IMG/VR virus record: IMGVR_UViG_3300006922_000005
Reading direction: 5' to 3' (one strand)
Length of the DNA: 64,000 bases
Source: a virus
Taxonomy: Duplodnaviria > Caudoviricetes
The translations under genes and the position numbers were made by a program. The notes below the pieces were generated by a model. The model did no database searches. It was not told the DNA's origin and saw only the letters and a program-made list of their open reading frames with translations. Of this stretch, positions 20,007 through 28,441 are shown piece by piece; position 1 is the stretch's first letter, and each line of letters opens with the position of its first letter.

Positions 20007-20948
20007 CTAAAATAACATGCTATAAAGCAATGCTTTCTTTTTACTTACTAATTCATCTCTAGTACTAGATGTATTTACAAAATATAGTCCAGAACCGCCT
20101 TCTGCTTGGGTTTGAGAATATAGTTTAATTCTACCACTATCTGCACTTGGAGCCGTTGGACTTACAACACCTTCAATACTTAATACATCACGTACAACCA
20201 CTTCTCCTGTGCCGTTAGTTTCTAAAAATAAACTATTATTTGATGTTTTTGGACGTATTGTAGTTCCGTCTATTTGTAGTTCTTGTAATTCTGTAGTAAT
20301 ACCGTTTACACTAAATCTTTGTGTTCCGTCTACATTAATAGTAAACTGTGATAGCGGATCGCCGTCACTAGTATCAAACACTTCAGCAATAGTATTGCCT
20401 GCTGTCATTCTACTAATAGCCGCTCCTGCAACCGCAGTATCTACATACTTCTTATTTGGAATATCATCATCGTCTGTTACGTTAGTTTCATAGTCACTTG
20501 TTCCTGTAACACTAACAACAGCATTAGGAGCATTTTGTCCTAGCAATAATAAATCTTCACCTGAAGTTTCAACTACGTGTGCTTGGATTGCTCCAAGACT
20601 TGATCCTACTTTAAATGTAAAAACACCTTCTCCTGTACCACCATTTGGTTGTAAGTATGATAATGTGTCATCAAATAACATAGTAGCCGCTGAACTTGAA
20701 GGACCTCTGTATATATTAAGTCCTGCTTGTCCTAAACTTATGCCACTAGGTGATGTTTCACCTGAGTTGATAATAATAATATTATCTTCAATCGACATGT
20801 TTGCAGTTTGAATTGTAGTTGTAGCACCAAGTACAGTCAAATCTCCAGTAATTCTCACTTCTGGAGTATCCATAGTAAGTCGTGTTCCGGTACTAGTGGA
20901 AGTTACGATTTTGTAATCACCTGTTACTTTAAGTACATCTACTGCCAT
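20007..20948 (-). CDS. Virion structural protein, 313 aa
   Basis: IEDNIIIINSGE and DIPNKKYVD segments typical of phage fibre-type proteins; TAAATA at 20977-20982. Confidence 0.7.
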   Translation of the reverse strand: MAVDVLKVTGDYKIVTSTSTGTRLTMDTPEVRITGDLTVLGATTTIQTANMSIEDNIIIINSGETSPSGISLGQAGLNIYRGPSSSAATMLFDDTLSYLQPNGGTGEGVFTFKVGSSLGAIQAHVVETSGEDLLLLGQNAPNAVVSVTGTSDYETNVTDDDDIPNKKYVDTAVAGAAISRMTAGNTIAEVFDTSDGDPLSQFTINVDGTQRFSVNGITTELQELQIDGTTIRPKTSNNSLFLETNGTGEVVVRDVLSIEGVVSPTAPSADSGRIKLYSQTQAEGGSGLYFVNTSSTRDELVSKKKALLYSMLF

Positions 20949-20990
20949 TTGATTAAGGATCCTTTGTTAATAGTATTATTTAGTCAAGAG

Positions 20991-21015
20991 AAAAGGGCAA
21001 AGCGAACTTTGCCCT
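20991..21015 (-). terminator. Rho-independent terminator
   Basis: Minus strand AGGGCAAAG-TTCG-CTTTGCCCT followed by a T-run, just after the stop at 21039. Confidence 0.85.
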
Positions 21016-21038
21016 CTCCTAATGTTAATAACCAACGA

Positions 21039-21488
21039 TTATGCGTCTTCTGTGAAGTCGTCGTCGTCTGTACCAGTTAATGTGTTATCATCACCTGCTT
21101 CTTCAACTTGTGCCGCACCATCTGATGTAGATGTACTAAAGTTCCACGCTACGCTTTTTCCGTCAAATGCGTTTGCGCCTGTTCCGCTTGGAGCAGATAA
21201 AGTTGCTTTACGTCCAGAAATTTTACTTACTGTGTAAGTTTCTGCATCATCCATTTTGAATGAAATAGCCATTTCGCCTGCCGCTAATGCCGCTGGTAAT
21301 TTACCAGTTGTTAGTGTACAAGTGAATTCGCCTGCTGTTTCAATTTCTTCACATACAAACTTTTTTGAGCCTTTTTGCTTTACAATATAACCTTCTTTAA
21401 CTGCTGTGCCGTTATGAAAGTTTACTTTGATTTCGTTACCACCTGCTGTAGGTGCTCCGAATAATCTTTTGTTTAGTGGTCTTCCCAT
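21039..21488 (-). CDS. Hypothetical virion protein (MGRPLNKRLFG...), 149 aa
   Basis: Start moved to ATG 21488, preceded by AGGAGA; followed by a terminator. Confidence 0.8.
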   Translation of the reverse strand: MGRPLNKRLFGAPTAGGNEIKVNFHNGTAVKEGYIVKQKGSKKFVCEEIETAGEFTCTLTTGKLPAALAAGEMAISFKMDDAETYTVSKISGRKATLSAPSGTGANAFDGKSVAWNFSTSTSDGAAQVEEAGDDNTLTGTDDDDFTEDA

Positions 21489-21591
21489 TTTTTTTCTCCT
21501 ATTAAGTAGTCCTATCTGGGTTCTATCCAGTACGCTGTGGGTACAGCATAAGTCCATTACACTATTGTAATTTCCTATTTGACAGTAATAT

Positions 21592-21879
21592 TTAGTCTAG
21601 CCTAGTAAACAAATGCATAAGATGTACAGAACTAAAATCTTTTACAAGACGGTTAATTTTAGCACATTGATCTTTGTGTTCTAATATTACACTATCACGT
21701 CTTTGTTGTCTGTACTTTAATTCTATATTACTGAGTTTGTTTATTTCACTACGCATTCCACTACAAAACTTTGCAATGTCAAATTTAAACTCTGGGGCTG
21801 TTTTTCCAAGAGTACGTATCTGAGTTTCTATGTCGGGCCAGTCTAGACTTGATGTTATTTCTTTAATACTCTCTTGCAT
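21592..21879 (-). CDS. Hypothetical protein, 95 aa
   Basis: ORF with TAAATA 5 nt upstream of the ATG. Confidence 0.7.
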   Translation of the reverse strand: MQESIKEITSSLDWPDIETQIRTLGKTAPEFKFDIAKFCSGMRSEINKLSNIELKYRQQRRDSVILEHKDQCAKINRLVKDFSSVHLMHLFTRLD

Positions 21880-21898
21880 ACAAATATTTATCAGTCAT

Positions 21899-21927
21899 AA
21901 AAAAAGGGCGACCAAAGCCGCCCTTTT
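21899..21927 (-). terminator. Rho-independent terminator after the major capsid gene
   Basis: Minus strand AAAAGGGCG-GCTTTGGT-CGCCCTTTTTTT. Confidence 0.85.
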
Positions 21928-21948
21928 CTGTGTTTTGTAACTAATCTC

Positions 21949-23142
21949 TTACGAGAATGATACGTTTGCTGTTGTAATAGCAACTTTACCTAAGTAGTCA
22001 CCAGCGTTACCTAAAGATGACGCAGTGTTAGTAAGTTCTACATAACCATAACGTGTCATGAAGCCTACTACTGGCTCAAAAGTTTCAGGATCTAATACTA
22101 CACCTGAACTCATTAGTGGAATGTATGGGCAATAAAACGCCGCCGCATCCGCTTCTGATGAACCTTTGTAACCAACAAGTACTTGGTTGTTGTCTTCTGC
22201 AGTTGTATCAGCCATGTAAGCGTCAACATATACTCTCATAGCGTTATTCAAAGTACCTACAAATTTAGTATTTGTTGGTGCTTCAAAAGTACCTTCAGTT
22301 GTTCTTGCAAACGCTGAAGTTGTAGCAGATTGTAGGATAGTTAATGCTTGGTTTGAAACCACTGCAAAGTTACCTGCACCTCTACGTGTACGCTGTGCGA
22401 TTTTGTTAGCAGTTCTGTTGATTTGAACAGCAAGTGCCGCATGTTCATCACCAACAAAAGTTGCTGTACCGCTTACAGCCGCTTGGTCGTAAGTTTCTTC
22501 AACTGAAGCAAGTGAACGAAGAGATGTTAAAATCTCTTGGTCAATCTCAGCAGTAATCTCTTGTGCAAGAGCCGCCATGATTTCCGCTTCAATATCGATA
22601 CCTTGTTGTGCTTGAGCATCTTGTGCCGCTTCAAATGTCCAACGTGCAGATAGTTTTCTTGACTTCGCTTCTACTGCTTGTTTTAAGATTTGAATTGACA
22701 ATCTGTTACCTGCACTACCTTCTAAAGCCGCTGTTGAAGCCGCTTTACCCGCAGTACCGTCACCAGCATATGCTTGACCGATTTTGAATGGTGATAAAGC
22801 CTCATCACCTGCAGTCACATCATTTGCAGTTCCTGTAGCGTTGTTAGTGTCTGAGTAACGTACTCTTAGTGTGTGAATTTGTGACACTGGTCCAGTCATT
22901 GGTTGTACACCTACGATTTCATTTGCGATAACCGTTGGCATTACACGTCTAATTACTGGAAGAATCACTCTGTTTAGTGTTGCAACATTTCCTGCGGAAG
23001 TTGCACCAGCAGTTGCCGACTCAGCGAGATAACGTCTAGTATTCTCGAGAGTGACGTCCATTACGCTTTTCTTGTGTCCGTTAAGACCTTCTAGAAGTGC
23101 GCCTTTGGTAGCCTGCCAATTTTCATTGATCATTTCTGACAT
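21949..23142 (-). CDS. gp23: Major capsid protein, T4 gp23-like
   Basis: VRRVMP-like IRRVMPTVIANEIVGVQPMTGP, KSRKLSARWTFEAAQD, EITAEIDQEIL, YCPYIPL, FMTRYG. Confidence 0.97.
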   Translation of the reverse strand: MSEMINENWQATKGALLEGLNGHKKSVMDVTLENTRRYLAESATAGATSAGNVATLNRVILPVIRRVMPTVIANEIVGVQPMTGPVSQIHTLRVRYSDTNNATGTANDVTAGDEALSPFKIGQAYAGDGTAGKAASTAALEGSAGNRLSIQILKQAVEAKSRKLSARWTFEAAQDAQAQQGIDIEAEIMAALAQEITAEIDQEILTSLRSLASVEETYDQAAVSGTATFVGDEHAALAVQINRTANKIAQRTRRGAGNFAVVSNQALTILQSATTSAFARTTEGTFEAPTNTKFVGTLNNAMRVYVDAYMADTTAEDNNQVLVGYKGSSEADAAAFYCPYIPLMSSGVVLDPETFEPVVGFMTRYGYVELTNTASSLGNAGDYLGKVAITTANVSFS

Positions 23143-23157
23143 TTTGTCCTTCTCCTT

Positions 23158-24249
23158 TTAGTTTAATCCCGCTAATTTGCGGAGTTGTATTAAGTTTGAC
23201 TTTTCTTCTACCGGTTGAGTAGTTTCTTTATTGCCTGTTACTTCTGTGCTTTCATTAAGTGCCTTTTTAACAGTTTTAGAAGTTTTTCTGTCTTCCATTA
23301 CTGCTGGTAGATATTTGTCAAATGCTGTGTGCAATTTTTCAGTTTGCACTGACTCTAATAGTTCAGACATAATTTCACTTTTGTCTTTACCTAGCGGAGT
23401 CAATAACTCATTCATCACTGCAACACGTTTCGCGGAATCTTTAGCAACATTAATTTCTGCTTCCTTAGACTCAACTAGAGTATCCTTCTCTGTGATGGTT
23501 TTCTTAGCCTCAGCCAATTTTTCTTCTTTCTCAGCAACAAGTTTCATTAACTTCGCAGTTTCTGATTTCTCGTTTAAGTATGAGTTAGAATATTCATTAG
23601 CAAACGCTTCGAATAGTTTTCTACCAAAATTGTTTTCACGTGCTGAATGAATATCTTCTTTCAATTGTGAAATCTCATTTGCTAGTTTAGTACTTACAGT
23701 TTCCTTAACAATTTCTGCTGACTTAGCAACAAATTTTGCTTTGACTTCTGCAAATTTAGTTTTGGCTTCTTTTACAAGTTTAACCTTGGTTTCTGCCAAA
23801 TCTTTTTTGTCCTCTGCGAACTCGTTGATTTCGTTTGCAAGTTGTTTGACAACAAAGTCTTCCAATTTTGAAAAGTTTTCTGAAACCTTATTACGGTCTT
23901 CATGCAACTCTCCAATTTCTTTAGTTAATTGCTTGAGCATAAACTCTTGCAATTTTTCAGAGTGTTCACCGACTTTCTTCTTATAAGATACAGTTGCTTC
24001 CGCAAGTGCCTTCTTATCTTCAGCAATTTCAGCAATCTCTGATTCTAAACGTTCGGAAATCATTTTGTCAATCGCTTCAACCATGTTTGATTTATCATGC
24101 TCATAACGATTTGCAAATTCCTCACGGAGTTCAGCAGTAACAGTGTCTTTGTTTTCCTTGATCTTCGCGTCCCACGCTTCTTGTAAGTCAGAACGTACTT
24201 CCTCACCTAGAATACCTGTTTCGAAAAGTTTGTTAAACATATCACTCAT
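23158..24249 (-). CDS. gp22: Prohead scaffolding protein, gp22-like
   Basis: E/K-rich coiled coil between the protease and capsid genes; ends LRKLAGL. Confidence 0.85.
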   Translation of the reverse strand: MSDMFNKLFETGILGEEVRSDLQEAWDAKIKENKDTVTAELREEFANRYEHDKSNMVEAIDKMISERLESEIAEIAEDKKALAEATVSYKKKVGEHSEKLQEFMLKQLTKEIGELHEDRNKVSENFSKLEDFVVKQLANEINEFAEDKKDLAETKVKLVKEAKTKFAEVKAKFVAKSAEIVKETVSTKLANEISQLKEDIHSARENNFGRKLFEAFANEYSNSYLNEKSETAKLMKLVAEKEEKLAEAKKTITEKDTLVESKEAEINVAKDSAKRVAVMNELLTPLGKDKSEIMSELLESVQTEKLHTAFDKYLPAVMEDRKTSKTVKKALNESTEVTGNKETTQPVEEKSNLIQLRKLAGLN

Positions 24250-24263
24250 TTGCTTCTCCTTTG

Positions 24264-24890
24264 TTACTCCAAGCCTTTTATGACTCGTAGCATCTGTTCT
24301 TTGAGATACTTCTGTGCTTTAGCATCTTTCGATACTTCGTGTGCCGCCCTAATTGCACTATAACCACCCTTTGTATTCATTAAGTGTTCATAGATTGGTG
24401 TCGGGTAAGCACCCGGCGCACTTGGTTGTGCTACCACATCAACTGTGATAATTTCAAATCCGTTAACTTCTCCAGTGGATTCATTAACTTCACCTGCTCC
24501 TCGTGAACTGACTCCCAGTTTCACACCTGACTGTAACATGGTTTTTACAAGATTACCCATCGGGGTAGGCAAAATTTTCATCTTACCAAACCCGTTAGGG
24601 CCATCCATCCACATATCAGTAATCATATGCGATACACGATCTAAATTGACCTTTAAATCATCTGGGTGATCAACTTCACCTAGTACAGAATAACCGCCGT
24701 CGATCTGATCCTTGAGCGTTTTAACAGCGTTGCCTATCTCGGAGACAGGGTAGATTCGCTGGTTAGCGTTTTTAACACCACCCTGAATACAGATGCCTTT
24801 TAGATAAAGATCTTTTTCAGTACCTTCACCTATTGACTCAAGTGTGACTTTCGCCTGATCGAACGTAAGATGTTCTCTTAAGTATGCCAT
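24264..24890 (-). CDS. gp21: Prohead protease, gp21-like
   Basis: NANQRIYP, GEVDHP (catalytic His), GVSSRGAG (catalytic Ser). Confidence 0.95.
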   Translation of the reverse strand: MAYLREHLTFDQAKVTLESIGEGTEKDLYLKGICIQGGVKNANQRIYPVSEIGNAVKTLKDQIDGGYSVLGEVDHPDDLKVNLDRVSHMITDMWMDGPNGFGKMKILPTPMGNLVKTMLQSGVKLGVSSRGAGEVNESTGEVNGFEIITVDVVAQPSAPGAYPTPIYEHLMNTKGGYSAIRAAHEVSKDAKAQKYLKEQMLRVIKGLE

Positions 24891-24906
24891 ATTAGCAAAC
24901 TCCTAA

Positions 24907-25761
24907 TTATTCAGCACTCTTTGGTGCAGATGCCTTCTTATAAGTGTCTCCGGCTTTTGAACCTGGTTCATTCTCGAAAGATTTTCCCATGTCTTTTGGC
25001 TTTTGAGCACTACCGCCCTTTTCTTCACTACCGCCGATAGCATGTGCTTTAGCATCGTTAGGTGCTTTAGCGTTACTTGCTACTGGTGAAGTAGTTGCAT
25101 CAGCGCCTTCGGAATTGGATGGAGCAGAAACTTTTTCTACGTATTCACGCATAGTTTCGCCAGCGGATTTTGCTTCTGTTGCTTCATCTACATTTTCTAC
25201 TTCTTCGTCTGTTGACTCAATAGCAGGTTCAAATGCTTCCTTATCGGCTTCTTCTGATTCTTCTTCGTCGCCTTCTTCTGCATCATCTTCGTCTTCTGGT
25301 TTGTCGTCCATCATGGCTTCAAACTCATTTTTAAGATCGTCTAATGCATCTTCAAGGTCTACAACGCGGTCTTCAATATCATCATGCTCTTCTTCATGAT
25401 CATCCATTTTACCGTCATCGTCGAAATCCATTTTGTCTTCTTCATCACCGGATACTGCTTTCATCATCATATCTGTTGCATCTCCGCCGACTTCCTCGAC
25501 TGATTCGTCTTCAAAGTTTTCTTCAACTTTGTCTTCTTTTTCTTCTTTTGCTTCTGCGTCAGTTGCTTCTTCAACTTCGTCTTCTTTTGACTCTTCAGTT
25601 GCTTCTTCAACTTCGTCTTCTTTTTCCTCAGACTCGATAAGTCCTTGGTAAATTTCTTTTGATTTCTCTACCACGATATCGTGGAAAAGTTCTTCTGCTT
25701 TATCTTTATCTTCATTCACTAGAAGATCAAGCAGTTGTTCAAATTTGCTTGTATCTGACAT
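24907..25761 (-). CDS. Highly acidic prohead core-like protein
   Basis: D/E-rich; sits upstream of the protease where T4 gp67/gp68 lie; AAGGAG SD. Confidence 0.65.
   Translation of the reverse strand: MSDTSKFEQLLDLLVNEDKDKAEELFHDIVVEKSKEIYQGLIESEEKEDEVEEATEESKEDEVEEATDAEAKEEKEDKVEENFEDESVEEVGGDATDMMMKAVSGDEEDKMDFDDDGKMDDHEEEHDDIEDRVVDLEDALDDLKNEFEAMMDDKPEDEDDAEEGDEEESEEADKEAFEPAIESTDEEVENVDEATEAKSAGETMREYVEKVSAPSNSEGADATTSPVASNAKAPNDAKAHAIGGSEEKGGSAQKPKDMGKSFENEPGSKAGDTYKKASAPKSAE
25560..25625. repeat. Imperfect 36-bp tandem duplication (EDEVEEAT x2)
   Basis: gttgcttcttcaacttcgtcttct occurs twice, 36 bp apart. Confidence 0.8.
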
Positions 25762-25860
25762 TGTTTTCTCCTTAATTTATATTAGTTGGCAAGGCTGTCC
25801 CTTGTATTTACGATAAAACCACTTTTACCGGTGAAAATAGGCTCATTTCTTACATTCTTG

Positions 25861-26454
25861 CTAATCATGTGGTTTTTTGAGTCTAAATTCGAGTTCATCA
25901 TAGTCAATATTGCGTATATTATCGTAACTGTTAAGTTGTGCTGGACAAAAATCTCCAACGTTAGTTACCCTTAAAAACTGTATATCAGTATTAGTTCTGA
26001 TTACGCTTTCAGTTTGTCTAAGCCAATTGCCATAATACGTTGCTGGTTCTTTTGATTTCTTATAATTGTTAGTGTCTGCAAACAAGTTATTAAACTTCTT
26101 GCCGCCATTTAATCCCATATAATCAAATCCTAGTATGTAGATAGTTTTATGCTTGTCGTCAGCCGCTTTTGCTAGTGCTGTAGGACCACTGCTCCATCCT
26201 CTGCTAGGTTGAAAGTAATTAAGATTAGTATATTCTTTGTATCCGTTATTATAGTTTGTCCATACTACATGATTATGATGATAACCATCTGCTACAATCT
26301 CATGTACCATTTTTGGATCAACTGCAATAAGAACATCAGGTTCAAAACTTCGATAAACGGCATTGCAGGCATAGATGTTTCCTTTGCCACGCAACTTTTC
26401 TACATCAAAATGTTTTCTGGAGGTACCGTTACCCATTACGAATGCTGTGTTCAT
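25861..26454 (-). CDS. GT42 / DUF115-fold (sialyltransferase-like) protein
   Basis: AFVMGNGTSR, CNAVYR, SSGPTAL, IYILGFD resemble the CstII GNGPS / CN / SG / YL.G.D pattern. Confidence 0.55.
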   Translation of the reverse strand: MNTAFVMGNGTSRKHFDVEKLRGKGNIYACNAVYRSFEPDVLIAVDPKMVHEIVADGYHHNHVVWTNYNNGYKEYTNLNYFQPSRGWSSGPTALAKAADDKHKTIYILGFDYMGLNGGKKFNNLFADTNNYKKSKEPATYYGNWLRQTESVIRTNTDIQFLRVTNVGDFCPAQLNSYDNIRNIDYDELEFRLKKPHD

Positions 26455-26475
26455 AATGGTATTTAAACAGTTTTA

Positions 26476-26721
26476 TTAAAGGGTAGTATCTTCTTGAGCA
26501 GGTTGTCCATACATCAGTTGCACAAACTCTAATTCTTTTGCTTGTTCAACTTCTCTTGCTTCAGATGTACGTCTAATTTGATTAAGTTGTTCTAGTGTAA
26601 GTCTAGTTTTTCTAGTATCCGCGGGTTTAATTACAGAAATATCTCTCTGAGCACTATAACGTTTATCGTCCTCAAAGTCTTGTCCGTCTTTATCAAAATA
26701 AAAAAATTCTTTTAACAACAT
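26476..26721 (-). CDS. Conserved small head-module protein (MLLKEFF...RKTRLTLEQLN)
   Basis: Start moved to ATG 26721 so it no longer overlaps the portal; TAAATA 5 nt upstream. Confidence 0.75.
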   Translation of the reverse strand: MLLKEFFYFDKDGQDFEDDKRYSAQRDISVIKPADTRKTRLTLEQLNQIRRTSEAREVEQAKELEFVQLMYGQPAQEDTTL

Positions 26722-26734
26722 ATTATTATTTACC

Positions 26735-28432
26735 TTAAACTGTGTCGCCACCAGGAGTAGTATCAGGCTCTGACACATCTATTTCTGGTTCAGGAGCATC
26801 TGCTCCAGGCTCTGTAGTACCAAGATCATCTAAGTCTGATTGTATACCACTTGGTGTAACACCTGCACTACGCATTTCTGCACCAGCACTTGCGTTATTG
26901 AAGTTTTCATTTGTGTTTTCTTCACGCCACATTGCTTCGTTCTCTGCAAGTTCTTCTTGTGAAAGACCTAAGAAACGTTTAAGTGCAAATCGTTTACTCA
27001 TGTAAGGTACTTCTTGTAGTGAAGCAAACGTGTTAACTCTGGCATTATCCATTTCACTTTGTCTATATGAAGCAAAGTTTTGTGGTGGATTCATTTTTAA
27101 ATCAAATAAGTTGTTGTCAATGTTTACACCTTTAGCGTTCATAAACATTTTAAACTCTCTATCAAATACATATGCACATAAATTTTGTAATCTAACACAG
27201 TATTTGTTGAATCTTAGTTCTTGAATATAAGCAGTGCCTACCCTACCGTCGTTATACTGTGCGGCAGAATCATCTGCACCGGTAGGTAAGTAAGAACTTG
27301 GAATACGTAAACCACGGAATAACTTGTTAGTAAAATATTTTAAGTCATCTATTTCGCCTAGGTTAGTTCCGCCTGGTAGTGTTTCTACTTTAGAACCACG
27401 TCCTTCCGCTGTTTGTGGAAAGAAGTAATCTTCATTAATTGATAGTGGATTGAAACTAGCGTCAATAACGTTAGTACCACCTCCAGTTGCTGACGGAATT
27501 CTACGTTGATGAATTTCATTTTTAATTCTTTCAACAAATCCCATAGCAAGGTGAGTAGGCATGTTACCTACGTCGATGTAAAATACTCTTCTTTCAGGTG
27601 CTCTTTGCACACGATAGATAATAATTGCATCTTCAAGTAATTCTTTCTGCTTATAAACTTTGAAAACACTTTCTAATAGACTGTTACCAAAAGGAAAGTT
27701 TCTATCTAACCCTTCACTTAAACTTAAATGTACAACATGCTCTGCTTCAATTGTTGCTTGGTTTTGTGTTTTATCAAATCTTGTACCAACTGAACCCGAA
27801 TTAGCACCAACATACCCTTTTCCTTGGCCTCCGCCTGAAGTTGTATAATCTATTTGTCCTGTGCCTGCGTTTGGATTCTTTTGTGATACACTTAAATGTT
27901 GAAAGTTTACATTAATATCACTAATAACATATTGTTCAGGTTCTTTACCTTCGCTTTCATTAACAATTACCTTGTTAACTTTAGCAGGATCAATATGAAA
28001 TAATTTAAATGTTTCTGGATCTCTTACAAAAAATGCATCGCCATATTTGAATACATTACGCATTACTCTAAAAATACGTCTGTCAAATTGATTCATGTCA
28101 ACCCATTGTTGCAAATACTGTTTTAATATTTTTGTTTCTGCACCTGTTGCTTGTTGTTTAAAGAACAACTGAAATGGAGTTTTGTTTTCCATGTTTTCTT
28201 GTGTACAAAACTCTGCTAGAATATCTAAGGCCGCATTAACTTCACTGTCAGCGTCCATTGTTTCGTACTGTCCATAACGTTCAATACGATTAGGATGTCC
28301 TGAATAAACATCAGGCAAGAAACTCGAATAGTTTGTCCTTGCAGGACCTGCTTGTCCGCTACCAGATACTGGACTTACTTGTCCTGAAGTATTCTCTGGT
28401 TTGTATTCTTGAAAGTATTTTTTCCAACCCAT
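26735..28432 (-). CDS. gp20: Portal protein, T4 gp20-like
   Basis: IIIYRVQRAPERRVFYIDVGNMP, EDYFFP..GRGSKVETLPGG, DDLKYF..KL. Confidence 0.96.
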   Translation of the reverse strand: MGWKKYFQEYKPENTSGQVSPVSGSGQAGPARTNYSSFLPDVYSGHPNRIERYGQYETMDADSEVNAALDILAEFCTQENMENKTPFQLFFKQQATGAETKILKQYLQQWVDMNQFDRRIFRVMRNVFKYGDAFFVRDPETFKLFHIDPAKVNKVIVNESEGKEPEQYVISDINVNFQHLSVSQKNPNAGTGQIDYTTSGGGQGKGYVGANSGSVGTRFDKTQNQATIEAEHVVHLSLSEGLDRNFPFGNSLLESVFKVYKQKELLEDAIIIYRVQRAPERRVFYIDVGNMPTHLAMGFVERIKNEIHQRRIPSATGGGTNVIDASFNPLSINEDYFFPQTAEGRGSKVETLPGGTNLGEIDDLKYFTNKLFRGLRIPSSYLPTGADDSAAQYNDGRVGTAYIQELRFNKYCVRLQNLCAYVFDREFKMFMNAKGVNIDNNLFDLKMNPPQNFASYRQSEMDNARVNTFASLQEVPYMSKRFALKRFLGLSQEELAENEAMWREENTNENFNNASAGAEMRSAGVTPSGIQSDLDDLGTTEPGADAPEPEIDVSEPDTTPGGDTV

Positions 28433-28441
28433 ATTTTTTTC

